This document shows positions 12,238 through 21,294 of a DNA stretch of 64,000 nucleotides, piece after piece. The notes under the pieces were generated by a model. That model saw nothing but the letters and a program-made list of their open reading frames with translations, was not told where the DNA came from and did no database searches. The translations under genes and the position numbers were made by a program. This stretch comes from Frankiaceae bacterium (GTDB lineage: Bacteria; Actinomycetota; Actinomycetes; JAFAQI01): positions 39,870 through 103,869 of the forward strand of contig JAFAZI010000047.1 of the NCBI GenBank assembly GCA_019239875.1, read 5' to 3'. Every line of letters starts with the position of its first letter. Position 1 is the stretch's first letter.

Positions 12238-12723
12238 TCACCGAGGTTGTGCTTCCAATGCCCTGTCGTAAACCTCTGCAAAACCGAGTTTGTCGGCAAC
12301 CGAGATGAGCATCTCGTCCGCGTAGGCGTCGAGGTCGGACAGGACGAAGCCGAGCTCCGTCTCGTCCATCCCGAGATCCGCAAAGATGCCGACGTCGCCG
12401 GCCGGCCAGATCTCGTCGGGGTCCTCGCCGGCGTGCTCGATCCCCAGTCGGTCGGCGACCTGCCGCGCCAGACCCCAGGCCGACGCTGCCGTCACGTCCG
12501 AGAGCATCAGCCGGACATCGTCACCGCGCACCCGCAACGCGACGAAGAACTCATCTGCGACGTTGACGAGGCCGATCGCTCCGCTGTCTCCAGGCTGTTG
12601 CCGCAGCACTCCGATGAGCCCGTCGAGGTCAGCGTTCACCCGCTCGGGCAGCACGCCTGACTGCCAGGTGCCGTCCTCCCGGTAGACGACGACGGCAACA
12701 CTCTCCGACTCCTCGCCGCTCAT
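12238..12723 (-). CDS. paralog of the TadA-associated acidic protein
   Basis: MSGEESESVAVVVYREDGTWQSGVL...EFFVALRVRGDDVRLMLSD shares core architecture with 11679-12194 (EWFAVVRIDADGDPRVFLSD); RBS GGGAGCGAGG before ATG 12723. Track ORF extends 19 codons upstream. Confidence 0.5.
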   Translation of the reverse strand: MSGEESESVAVVVYREDGTWQSGVLPERVNADLDGLIGVLRQQPGDSGAIGLVNVADEFFVALRVRGDDVRLMLSDVTAASAWGLARQVADRLGIEHAGEDPDEIWPAGDVGIFADLGMDETELGFVLSDLDAYADEMLISVADKLGFAEVYDRALEAQPR

Positions 12724-12792
12724 CGTCACCTCGCTCCCACGCCGTGGGCGCATCGTGACAGAAGAAGCGGGCCGCGCCAATAGCGCAACCCT

Positions 12793-12978
12793 TCAGGCTT
12801 CCGGCGCGGTCTCCCCCGCTTGCGACTGCAAGCTCTCGGGGGTGCCCGTGCCGATCATCGACAGCCGCCAGGCACGCCGGCACGACTGGCACCACCATGA
12901 ACCGGGTTTGTCGCCGATCGGTTGGATGTCCTCGTCCCCGCAGTAGGGGCAGTAGAACGGTACGGCGCGCTGGGTCAC
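12793..12978 (-). CDS. small 4-Cys zinc-ribbon protein (61 aa)
   Basis: MTQRAVPFYCPYCGDEDIQPIGDKPGSWWCQSCRRAW...; two CxxC pairs, GC3-rich codons, 10 bp downstream of the sirA stop on the same strand. Confidence 0.5.
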   Translation of the reverse strand: MTQRAVPFYCPYCGDEDIQPIGDKPGSWWCQSCRRAWRLSMIGTGTPESLQSQAGETAPEA

Positions 12979-12988
12979 GACGGTGACG

Positions 12989-14662
12989 TCACTGGACCAG
13001 TGCCTCGTCGGCGCGACGAACCCAGGTGGCGAAGCGCTCGCCGTCCACCCGGTCGCTCTCGTAGTTGCGAAGCACCCGCTCGATGTAGTCGGGCAGGTCC
13101 GCCGTACGGACCTTCAGACCACGGACCTTGCGCCCGAAACCGGAGTCGTCACCAATCGCGCCGCCGAGATGGACCTGGAAACCCTCGTCGTCGTCGACGA
13201 TCATGCCCTTGAGGCCGATGTCCGCGACCTGGAACCGGGCGCAGGAGTTCGGGCAGCCGTTGACGTTGATGGTGATTGGTGTGTCGAAGTCAGGCAGCCG
13301 CTTCTCGAGCTCGGCATACAGCTCGTTGGCTCGAGCCTTGGTCTCGACGATCGCGAGCTTGCAGAACTCCAGGCCGGTGCAGGCCATCATCCCGCGGCGG
13401 AACGCCGACGGCTTGGTCGGAAGATCCATGGCGTCGAGCGCGTCGACGAGCGCCTCGACGTGCTCGTCCGGTACGTCGAGGATCACCATCTTCTGCTCGA
13501 CGGTCGCCGCAACCCGACCACTGCCGTGCGCTGCGGCGAGGTCCGCGAGCGCGGTGAGCTCGGTGCCGCTGCTGCGGCCGTTGCGGAAGGTGAAGCCAAC
13601 GTAGTTGTTGCCGTCCTTCTGCTTGCGGACCCCGACGTGGTCGCGCTCCTTGGACACCTCGATCGGCGCCGGGCCGTCCTCCAGCCTGCGACCGAGGTAG
13701 GCATCGCTCTCCAACATCTCGCGGAACTTCTCCGCACCCCAGTCGGCGACCAGGAACTTCAGCCGCGCGTGGTTGCGCGAGCGCCGGAAGCCCCAGTCGC
13801 GGAAGATCTTGGTGACGCCGCTCCAGACCTCGACGCAGTCCTTGGACTCGATGAACACGCCGAGCCGAAGGGCCAGCTTGGGGTTCGTCGACAGGCCGCC
13901 GCCGACCCAGAGGTCATAACCGACCCGGCCGTCGTCGTGGCGGACCCCGACGAAGGACACGTCGTTGATCTCGTGCGCCGTGCACTGCACCGGGCACCCG
14001 CTGATGGCGGTCTTGTACTTGCGCGGCAAGTTGGAGTAGTCGGGGTTCAGCAGCGCATGCGAATTGATCGCGTGCAGGTCCGCCGTCGCGTCGAGGACCT
14101 CCTCCGCGTCGACGCCAGACAGCGGGCAGCTGAGCATGTTCCGGGGAGTGTCGCCGCAGGCCTCGCCGCTGGACAGACCGACGGACTCGAGCCGGCGCCA
14201 GATCTCAGGCACGTCCTCGATCCGGATGTAGTGGTACTGAACGTTCTGCCGGTCGGTGATGTCGGCGAAGTCCCGACCGAACTCGGTGGCGATGCCGGCC
14301 ACGACGCGCAGTTGCTCGTTGGTCATGGCGCCGCCCGGGATGCGGACTCGCATCATGAAGAACTCGTCGTCGAGCTCCTCGGGCTCCAGAATCGCCGTCT
14401 TACCACCTGAGATGCCGGGCCGGCGCTGGGTGTAGAGGCCCCACCACCGCATCCGGCCACGAAGGTCGCTCGGGTCGATCGAGTCGAACCCATTCTTCGA
14501 GTAGATATTCTCGATGCGAAACCGGACATTCAGCCCGTCATCGTCCTTTTTCATACGCTCCTGGGGCGTCAACGGCTCGAGATGACCGAGCGCCCACTGA
14601 CCTTGACCCCGGGGGCGACCTGCTGCTGGCATGGCTGGATTCGTTCCTGCTCGCGGTGACAT
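12989..14662 (-). CDS. sirA: ferredoxin-dependent sulfite reductase (NirA/SirA, siroheme-[4Fe-4S])
   Basis: 557 aa; GQWALGHLEPL...RFRIENIYSKNGFDSID...MRVRIPGG...CGDTPRN...NGCPNSCAR; collinear with characterised mycobacterial NirA (SirA). Confidence 0.9.
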   Translation of the reverse strand: MSPRAGTNPAMPAAGRPRGQGQWALGHLEPLTPQERMKKDDDGLNVRFRIENIYSKNGFDSIDPSDLRGRMRWWGLYTQRRPGISGGKTAILEPEELDDEFFMMRVRIPGGAMTNEQLRVVAGIATEFGRDFADITDRQNVQYHYIRIEDVPEIWRRLESVGLSSGEACGDTPRNMLSCPLSGVDAEEVLDATADLHAINSHALLNPDYSNLPRKYKTAISGCPVQCTAHEINDVSFVGVRHDDGRVGYDLWVGGGLSTNPKLALRLGVFIESKDCVEVWSGVTKIFRDWGFRRSRNHARLKFLVADWGAEKFREMLESDAYLGRRLEDGPAPIEVSKERDHVGVRKQKDGNNYVGFTFRNGRSSGTELTALADLAAAHGSGRVAATVEQKMVILDVPDEHVEALVDALDAMDLPTKPSAFRRGMMACTGLEFCKLAIVETKARANELYAELEKRLPDFDTPITINVNGCPNSCARFQVADIGLKGMIVDDDEGFQVHLGGAIGDDSGFGRKVRGLKVRTADLPDYIERVLRNYESDRVDGERFATWVRRADEALVQ

Positions 14663-14877
14663 TTTGGGCCCGACGAGACGCCGTCGTCTCAGATGGTGAG
14701 ATGAATTCCCAAGATCGCTGTCTGGGCGACCTTTCCTGTGCCAGACTACCTGTTATGTCCTCACCGCTGCTCTTGGTAGCGCGGCTGCATGTCGACCTGC
14801 AGCGCGTTCAGAGCTCGGTGTGTTGCATGCGCTGATCCTTCGCGCCCGCAACCCTTCTAACTCTGAGGACATCTTTC

Positions 14878-15627
14878 ATGACCGCCCAAATCGAGACGGT
14901 TCCGCTGTCATACCTGCACGATGACGCGCACGTCCTGCAAGACCTGTACGACGCATCCGACGGCCTCGCTCACCTGGCCGCACACGCGGGTCGCGCCCTC
15001 GAAGGAGCGACGCCGCAGGAGGTCCTCCGCTGGGCCTTCGCCCGCTTCGGCCAGCGTTTCGTTCTCACCTCGTCGATGGGTGACTCGGTGCTCGCGCACA
15101 TGGCCGCCACGGTTCACCCGGGGGCTCGAGTGCTCTTCCTCGACACCGGTTACCACTTCGCGGAGACGCTGGGTACGGCGGACGCCGTCTCCTCGACGCT
15201 TCCGATCGAGCTGATCACCGTGAAGCCGCACCTGTCGGTGGCTGAGCAGGACCAGGCCTTCGGTGAGGATCTCTTCGCCCGCGATCCAGACCTGTGCTGC
15301 GCGATGCGCAAGGTCGCGCCGCTGGCGAAGGCGCTCGCCCCGTACGTCGCGTGGGCGTCCGGCATCCGGCGGGACGAGTCGGCGACCCGCGCGGACATCG
15401 GCGTGGTCGAGTGGGACGACAAGCACCAGATGGTGAAGGTCAACCCGCTGGCAACCTGGACGCACGACGACGTGCAGCGCTACATCGTCGACAACGACAT
15501 CCTCGTGAACCCGCTGGTGTCCGAGGGCTATGGCTCGATCGGGTGCGCACCGTGCACCCGGCGTGGCGAGGGACGTACCGGTCGCTGGCTCGGGATGCCG
15601 AAGGTCGAGTGCGGGCTTCACAGCTAG
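14878..15627 (+). CDS. cysH: phosphoadenosine-phosphosulfate / adenylyl-sulfate reductase (thioredoxin-dependent)
   Basis: 249 aa; PP-loop SSMGDSV and C-terminal EC..GLH cluster motifs (CCAMRKV...GCAPCT...ECGLH). Confidence 0.9.
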   Translation: MTAQIETVPLSYLHDDAHVLQDLYDASDGLAHLAAHAGRALEGATPQEVLRWAFARFGQRFVLTSSMGDSVLAHMAATVHPGARVLFLDTGYHFAETLGTADAVSSTLPIELITVKPHLSVAEQDQAFGEDLFARDPDLCCAMRKVAPLAKALAPYVAWASGIRRDESATRADIGVVEWDDKHQMVKVNPLATWTHDDVQRYIVDNDILVNPLVSEGYGSIGCAPCTRRGEGRTGRWLGMPKVECGLHS

Positions 15628-15642
15628 TGCTCTACTGAGGGC

Positions 15643-16278
15643 GTGCCCGCCCTCGTCATCACTGCCCACGGCAGCAGCGACCCCCGGTTCGCCGCGGTCG
15701 TCGACGACCTCGCGGGCATCGTGCGTGGGGAGCGACCTGACCTCGACGTCCGCATCGGCTACCTGGACCACGGCACCCCGTTCGAGACGGTGACCGACGC
15801 CGACAGCGTCGTCGTTCCGGTGCTGCTGTCAAACGGCTACCACGTGCGCGAAGACATCCCTGGACGCTTCGCTGGGACCGTCACCCCGGCGGTCGGGCCG
15901 GACCGGCGCCTCACGCTGCTGCTCGTGCGCCGGCTTCGCGAGGCGGGCTGGGCCCGCGAGCCGCTGACGCTGGCAGCGACTGGGTCGGCAGACCCTCGGG
16001 CGCTGGCCGATGTCCACCAGATGGCGCGCGACCTGGGCGACGAACTCGGGCTCGACGTGCCGGTCGGCTTCATCAGCGCCGGCGAGCCCTCCCTCCGGGA
16101 ACTCGAGCCGGTCGCGGTGGCGACGTACCTGCTGGCGCCCGGAGCGTTCTCCGACTCGCTGATCGACTCCGGCGCGGCGATCGTCGCCGCGCCGCTTGGC
16201 GCCGATCCCTTGATCGCGGAGATCATCCTCGACCGGTTCGACGCCGCGGTGTCCGAGTGCGCCACTCGTCGGGTGTAG
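15643..16278 (+). CDS. sirB: sirohydrochlorin ferrochelatase (CbiX/SirB-type)
   Basis: LVITAHGSSDPRFAAVVDDLAGIVR...VPVLLSNGYHVREDIP...; CbiX-like tandem half-domains; GTG start after RBS GAGG; downstream of cysH as in mycobacteria (che1). Confidence 0.7.
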   Translation: MPALVITAHGSSDPRFAAVVDDLAGIVRGERPDLDVRIGYLDHGTPFETVTDADSVVVPVLLSNGYHVREDIPGRFAGTVTPAVGPDRRLTLLLVRRLREAGWAREPLTLAATGSADPRALADVHQMARDLGDELGLDVPVGFISAGEPSLRELEPVAVATYLLAPGAFSDSLIDSGAAIVAAPLGADPLIAEIILDRFDAAVSECATRRV

Positions 16279-16287
16279 CAAGGAGTC

Positions 16288-16626
16288 ATGAACGGCATCG
16301 AACCCGCAGTCACACCGAGCGGCACGGGCTGTGTCGAGTGCCTCGATGCCGGCGGCTGGTGGGTACACCTCCGCCGTTGGGCGCAATGCGGCCACATCGG
16401 CTGCTGCGACACGTCGCCGATGCAGCACGCCACCGCGCACTTCCACGAGACCGGTCACCCCATGATCCAGACCTACGAGCCCGGGGAGGACTGGTTCTGG
16501 AACTACGAGACCGACAAGGGGTTCATCGGCCCGGAGCTTGCGCCGCCCCGGCACCATCCGGTCGATCAACCCGCGCCCAGTCCGGCAGGGGCCGTGCCGG
16601 TCGACTGGCAGGACCACATCCACTAG
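16288..16626 (+). CDS. zf-UBP (ubiquitin-carboxyl-terminal-hydrolase-type zinc finger) domain protein
   Basis: TGCVECLDAGGWWVHLRRWAQCGHIGCCDTSPMQHATAHFHETGHPM is a zf-UBP signature; AAGGAG RBS 9 nt after the sirB stop. Confidence 0.65.
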   Translation: MNGIEPAVTPSGTGCVECLDAGGWWVHLRRWAQCGHIGCCDTSPMQHATAHFHETGHPMIQTYEPGEDWFWNYETDKGFIGPELAPPRHHPVDQPAPSPAGAVPVDWQDHIH

Positions 16627-17771
16627 CCGGGGCGGACGGCTCCGATGTAGTCGCTGCGGAAGGCGTACTCCTTGCGCACATAGGCACCGGTGTACGGCGC
16701 ATCGATCATCTGCCCACCGCCGACGTAGATGCCGACGTGATGGATGGTCGAGGCATCGGACGTGTTGGTTGCAAAGAAGACGAGATCACCGGGCTGCACC
16801 TGCGACTGGGCGACGTGCGTGCCCTCATTCCACTGGTCGCCGGTGTAGTGCGCGAGGTAGACACCGGCCTTGCCCCAGACGTATTGCGTCAACCCTGAGC
16901 AGTCGAAGGTGTCAGGACCGGCAGCGGCCCAGACATAGGGCTTCCCCAGCTCGAGGTAGGCCCAGTGAACGGCTGTCTGAGCCGCGGTCCCGGCTGACGG
17001 GACATGCTGCACCGGCTGTGGCGTTGGCTGCGACACGGGCTGGCTCTGCACCGCGGCGGCCGCCCGAGCCGCCGCGAGTCGCTGGGCTCGCAGCCGCGCC
17101 GCGCGCCGGGCGGCGGCGATCCTGGCCGCGCGTCGCTTCGCCGCGCGGATCAGAGCCCGCTCGCGCGCCTCGAGGTGACGCAGGATCGCCTGTTCCTTGT
17201 CAGCGGCCGCCGTGATCTGCTGCTTGTCGGCGGCGAGCTGCGCGGTCAGTCGTCGCTGCACCGCGAGTGCCGCGGTCGCGTCCGCCTGCGCCTGCTCCTC
17301 GGATCGCTGGGCCGCATCGACGCCAGCAAGGGTGCGGCTCTGCGTGGTCGCGATCGCCTCCATCGACGACGCGCGCTCCACCATCTGGCCGGACGAGCCG
17401 TCGAACAGGCTGAGCATCGAGGTGGCCGAGGTCCCCTTGTAGGCCGCCACGCTGAACTCAACGGCCGACTTCTGCAGCTTCGTGAGGCGGGACTGCGCCG
17501 ACGTGAGCCGGCCCTGCGCCGCCTGCGCCGTCTGCTGTGCGGCAGCGAGCTGGATCCGAGCGGCGTTGTAACGCTCGGCCGCGATCTCCGCCTGCGCGTT
17601 GAGCTTCGCGAGCTCCTTGTGCGCGCTGGCGATCTCGGACTTGACCACCTTCGCCTTCGCGCCGGGCGTCTTCGCAGTCGCAGCGGGGCCGACGGCAAGG
17701 ACGCCAGTGACGAGAGAGGCGGCGCTCACCGTGATGGCGATGGCACGGGGGAAGCGGACACGTCGTGCCAT
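16623..17771 (-). CDS. NlpC/P60 peptidoglycan endopeptidase with N-terminal coiled-coil (RipA-like)
   Basis: Signal peptide (MARRVRFPRAIAITVSAASLV); long Ala/Gln-rich coiled-coil; C-terminal NlpC/P60 catalytic domain (YVWAAAGPDTFDCSGLTQYVW...HHVGIYVGGGQMIDAP). ATG 17771 verified; track ORF is 17 codons longer. Confidence 0.85.
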   Translation of the reverse strand: MARRVRFPRAIAITVSAASLVTGVLAVGPAATAKTPGAKAKVVKSEIASAHKELAKLNAQAEIAAERYNAARIQLAAAQQTAQAAQGRLTSAQSRLTKLQKSAVEFSVAAYKGTSATSMLSLFDGSSGQMVERASSMEAIATTQSRTLAGVDAAQRSEEQAQADATAALAVQRRLTAQLAADKQQITAAADKEQAILRHLEARERALIRAAKRRAARIAAARRAARLRAQRLAAARAAAAVQSQPVSQPTPQPVQHVPSAGTAAQTAVHWAYLELGKPYVWAAAGPDTFDCSGLTQYVWGKAGVYLAHYTGDQWNEGTHVAQSQVQPGDLVFFATNTSDASTIHHVGIYVGGGQMIDAPYTGAYVRKEYAFRSDYIGAVRPG

Positions 17772-18056
17772 GGGGGAGCGGGGGCCTCTCTCGTGCTCAC
17801 CGCTTCCAGCGGTCAGCCACAACTGGCCGCCCGAATGGGCCGCTAGGTCACGTTGTGGTTACGCGCCACGTTATCCACAAGTGCAAGATCGACTCAAGGC
17901 ACGTCCGGCGCCGGATCCACGGCCACACGTGTCTGGCGGCGTACTGAATGGTGTCCGCCGGGTGACCAACCGGTGAAACCTGCCTTTGACCCGCGGATTC
18001 GACCCGAGCGAGGTCCTAGCGTTGACCCGAAGCCGCCCACCCGAGCAGGAGCTGTC

Positions 18057-19175
18057 GTGTCCTATCGCGGCCGCCATCGGCGGCGTCGCCCCACGGCGAT
18101 GGCAGCGCCTCCGGCGGTTCTCGCGACCGCCGCGGGCATAACGCTCGGCCTGTCGCAGGTATCAAGTGCCCACACGGGGGCAGCACGCGACGTCGCGAAC
18201 TCGCATCGACTCTCGACGGTGATGCCGGCCTTCACCGCGCATCCATCGAGCCGCCCACTCGATCGGGTCGTGACCCGAATAGCGGTAGACCTGAAAGAAA
18301 GGCACCGGCCGCAGGCGAGTGGACCCTCGGTCCGGCTGCCCCGCCACCTCGACCCCACAACCACATCGATCCCGCGCCGCGCCGTCGCCGCCTACGTGCA
18401 CGCGACCAGCCTGGCGAACGCGGCTGATCCCGCGTGCCACCTGAGCTGGCAAGTACTCGGCGGGATCGGGTTCATCGAGTCGGGGCATGCCCGCTCCGGT
18501 GGCTCCGGTGCGCCGCATTGGAACGGCGAAGCGAGCCCGCCGATCTTCGGACCGGTGCTCGACGGTTCCCGCGGCTTCGGGCGAATCGCAGACACCGACG
18601 ACGGCGCGATCGACGGCAACGCGCAGTGGGACCGCGCCGTCGGGCCGATGCAGTTCATCCCGTCGACGTGGGCACGCTACGCCGCGGACGGCAACCAGGA
18701 CGGAACCGCGGATCCACAGAACATCGACGATGCCTCGCTGGCCGCGGCCCACTACCTGTGTACGGCGCAGTCCGACCTGGGTAACGCCACCCCCTTGATC
18801 CGCGCCATCTACTCCTACAACCACTCCACGTCCTACGTACGGGCCGTCCTGACTGTCGCGGCGGGTTACGAAGGCGTCGATCCGGCCGCGCTGGGCATCA
18901 ACTCGCTGCCCAGCGACCAACCGCGGCGCCACGACCACAAGCACAGGGTCGACCACCACCGGCATCACCCAAAGGGCACGCCGTCGCCGCACCCCACGCA
19001 TCGGCACAACCCGGTTACCACGCCGACCGGCTCACCGAGGCCGACTCCGACTCCCACGCCGACCGAGTCAGAGTCGGGTACCCCGACGCCGTCGCCGACC
19101 CACCACAAGCCGAAACCGACCTCGACTCCGACGCCTGGCGGCGGACACCTGCCGCCGCCGCACCGCTCGCGCTAG
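18057..19175 (+). CDS. lytic murein transglycosylase (MltB/SLT-domain) with His- and Pro/Thr-rich C-terminal tail
   Basis: LSWQVLGGIGFIESGHARSGG...GPMQFIPSTWARYAADGNQDGTADPQNIDDASLAAAHYL; GTG 18057 preceded by RBS GGAGC; C-terminus RRHDHKHRVDHHRHHPKG..PTPTPTPTESESGTPTPSP. Track ORF is longer at the 5' end. Confidence 0.75.
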   Translation: MSYRGRHRRRRPTAMAAPPAVLATAAGITLGLSQVSSAHTGAARDVANSHRLSTVMPAFTAHPSSRPLDRVVTRIAVDLKERHRPQASGPSVRLPRHLDPTTTSIPRRAVAAYVHATSLANAADPACHLSWQVLGGIGFIESGHARSGGSGAPHWNGEASPPIFGPVLDGSRGFGRIADTDDGAIDGNAQWDRAVGPMQFIPSTWARYAADGNQDGTADPQNIDDASLAAAHYLCTAQSDLGNATPLIRAIYSYNHSTSYVRAVLTVAAGYEGVDPAALGINSLPSDQPRRHDHKHRVDHHRHHPKGTPSPHPTHRHNPVTTPTGSPRPTPTPTPTESESGTPTPSPTHHKPKPTSTPTPGGGHLPPPHRSR

Positions 19176-19185
19176 CCGGCAGGCT

Positions 19186-19911
19186 TCACGCCACGTGCGC
19201 TCCCTTGCGCCGCCTTCCCAGTCGCAGGAACAGCGCGCCGCCGCCCAACAGCACACCCGCGACGCCAATGAGCGCCGCGAGATCGAGGCCGGTCATGGGC
19301 ATCGGGCCCTTAGGGCCTGCGTGGTGGAGCCCGGCCGACGTCGGTAACACGCCTCCGGTTGGCGTCGGGCTCGAGGAAGGCGTCGCCGACTTGGTCGGGC
19401 GCGACGTCTTCGTTGCCTTCACGGAAGGGATCGTCACGACGATCGGCTGCGGGTCCTTCGTGTGCTTGACCACGACGACCGGCGCGGCAGGCGGCGCGAC
19501 CACGACGTACGGCGCGCTGCCGTGCGACGGTGCGTATCCCGAGGCCGGAGCTGGGTCGAAGTGAACGGACAGGACGTGCCGCCCTACCGACATCGATGAG
19601 GTCGACCAGCTCCACCGATACCGGTAGTTGGCTCCCGAAGCAACCTTCGTCTCGCCGTCGTACAACGTGACGCTCCCCCATGCGGCTGCCGGCTCGAGGT
19701 CGGCGATCAACGTCAAGGTGGAGTTGGGAAGGTGAGCTCGGGTCGCGGTTGACTCGAGGTCGATGTGGACAGCGGAGGACTGCAACGCTGTGGGCGAAGG
19801 GCTCGGCGAAGCGGTGGCGGCTGCGGCAGTCGTCAGCTGGCCCAGGGCACCGGCGCTCGACGCAACGATCGCCACCAGCGCCAGCGACACCGATCCCGCG
19901 GTGAGTGACAT
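19186..19911 (-). CDS. small surface protein with Ig-like domain and C-terminal sorting-signal-like tail (MPMTG + hydrophobic + RRRKG)
   Basis: ATG 19911 (RBS GGGGGA) gives a signal peptide MSLTAGSVSLALVAIVASSAGALG; C-terminus ...PTPTGGVLPTSAGLHHAGPKGPMPMTGLDLAALIGVAGVLLGGGALFLRLGRRRKGAHVA. Track ORF has a spurious 88-codon N-extension overlapping the upstream gene. Confidence 0.6.
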   Translation of the reverse strand: MSLTAGSVSLALVAIVASSAGALGQLTTAAAATASPSPSPTALQSSAVHIDLESTATRAHLPNSTLTLIADLEPAAAWGSVTLYDGETKVASGANYRYRWSWSTSSMSVGRHVLSVHFDPAPASGYAPSHGSAPYVVVAPPAAPVVVVKHTKDPQPIVVTIPSVKATKTSRPTKSATPSSSPTPTGGVLPTSAGLHHAGPKGPMPMTGLDLAALIGVAGVLLGGGALFLRLGRRRKGAHVA

Positions 19912-19982
19912 CGATCCCCCGAGACGGCGAGGCCACCGGAGCGCATGTGCTCGCCCCAGCGGCCTCGCCTTGTCCGAATCGG

Positions 19983-21170
19983 CTACTTCTTGATCTTCAC
20001 TGCCTTGGTCGTCGCCTTGCCGGACTTGTAGCCCGCCCGCTTGGCGGTGACCTTGCAGCTCAGCTTGCCGCCCTTGTCCTTCTTCGTGGGCGTGTAGGTC
20101 TTCTGCTTGGCGCCCTTGATCTTCTTGCCGTCGAGGTACCACTTGAACTTGAACTTCGTCGGCTTGGGAGACCACTTACCGGGCTTCACCTTCTCCGGCT
20201 CTCCGACCTTGTGCTTGCCTTTCAGCTTCGGATGCTTGAGGTTGTTGATCCTGGCTTTGGTCACCGTGACGGTCTTCGTCGACGAGCTCGACGAAGCGAA
20301 CGAGCTGTCAGTTGGCGTGAAGGTCGCCTTGATGACGTTCGATCCGGCTGGCAGCTTCTGGACGAGCGTTGCGACGCCGCTGCCGTTGACCGCCACGGCA
20401 GCACCCAGGTTGCCGCCGTTGTCGCTGAACTGAACGGAGCCGGCCGGGTGCGTGCCGCCGCCACCCGTCGTCGCCGTGAGCGTCACCTCGTCAGCGGTCG
20501 TCGCGGTTGTCCGGGACACGGCCAGCGCGGTCGTGGTAGCCGTCGGTGACGCACCTGGGTAGGTCTGGGTCCAGGTCCCACCGGTGACCGTGCCGTCGCC
20601 GTCCTTGGTGATGCCGCTGACCACGAAGTCCAGCGACTGATAGGTGCCGTCAGTCGACGTCTTGACGCGCAGTTGGAATGCATCGACGTAGCCAGGCGTC
20701 GACGTGTCCGTGTTGGGGAAGTCGCCCATGTACGTCGCGATGGTTTCGTCGGTGGCGCCACCGGTCACGACCGGACCGTCAGCGCTCGACACCACGGCCG
20801 GCACGCCTGCGCCTGCCGGGACCGGATAGGTCGTCGACAGGCTGATCTGCTCACCGCTCCACGCGCCTGCGGCGACACCGGTCTTGGGTGTGTAGAGATA
20901 CGCCGTGGCCTTCGTGTGCGCCGTGTCGGCGGTTGAACCGACCATGTACTTGGCGATCGGCGCGTCGGTGACGCTGCCGGTGGTGACCTGGTTACCGGAC
21001 GCGTCGTAAAGCGCGAGCGTCCCGACCTCGTTGGTGTCCTTGGTTCCGCTCGCCTCCCACGGCGGCGGTGTGTCCGCCCCGGCTTGGGAGGCGAGGATCG
21101 TTGCCGCGCCTGAGAAGAGCAGGGTCGCCGCTCCCATCGAGGCGAACGACCGAGTGAGTCGGCGATTCAT
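19983..21170 (-). CDS. secreted surface protein, paralog C (shared two-Trp N-terminal domain; Ig-like middle; Lys-rich C-terminal tail)
   Basis: Signal peptide MNRRLTRSFASMGAATLLFSGAATILASQAGA; conserved N-domain EVGTLALYDASGNQVTTGSVTD...GAWSGEQ...FQLRVKT...GGTWTQTYPG; C-terminus KHPKLKGKHKVGEPEKVKPGKWSPKPTKFKFKWYLDGKKIKGAKQK... Confidence 0.65.
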   Translation of the reverse strand: MNRRLTRSFASMGAATLLFSGAATILASQAGADTPPPWEASGTKDTNEVGTLALYDASGNQVTTGSVTDAPIAKYMVGSTADTAHTKATAYLYTPKTGVAAGAWSGEQISLSTTYPVPAGAGVPAVVSSADGPVVTGGATDETIATYMGDFPNTDTSTPGYVDAFQLRVKTSTDGTYQSLDFVVSGITKDGDGTVTGGTWTQTYPGASPTATTTALAVSRTTATTADEVTLTATTGGGGTHPAGSVQFSDNGGNLGAAVAVNGSGVATLVQKLPAGSNVIKATFTPTDSSFASSSSSTKTVTVTKARINNLKHPKLKGKHKVGEPEKVKPGKWSPKPTKFKFKWYLDGKKIKGAKQKTYTPTKKDKGGKLSCKVTAKRAGYKSGKATTKAVKIKK

Positions 21171-21294
21171 CGGATCCCTTTCCGGGTGATGTCGAGGGGA
21201 CGATCCGCCCCGACGTTAGAGCGATCAGCAGGCATGTCCTGCCGGACCGTCGATGTGTTCATGTCGGCTTCATGCGGCGTGCACGACGTGGTCG

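Noticed and set aside
17823-18056. Possible second ydaO-type riboswitch upstream of the lytic transglycosylase gene
   Set aside because: Only weak resemblance (GGUGAAAC, GACCCGAAGCC); the conserved pseudo-twofold blocks are not both present.
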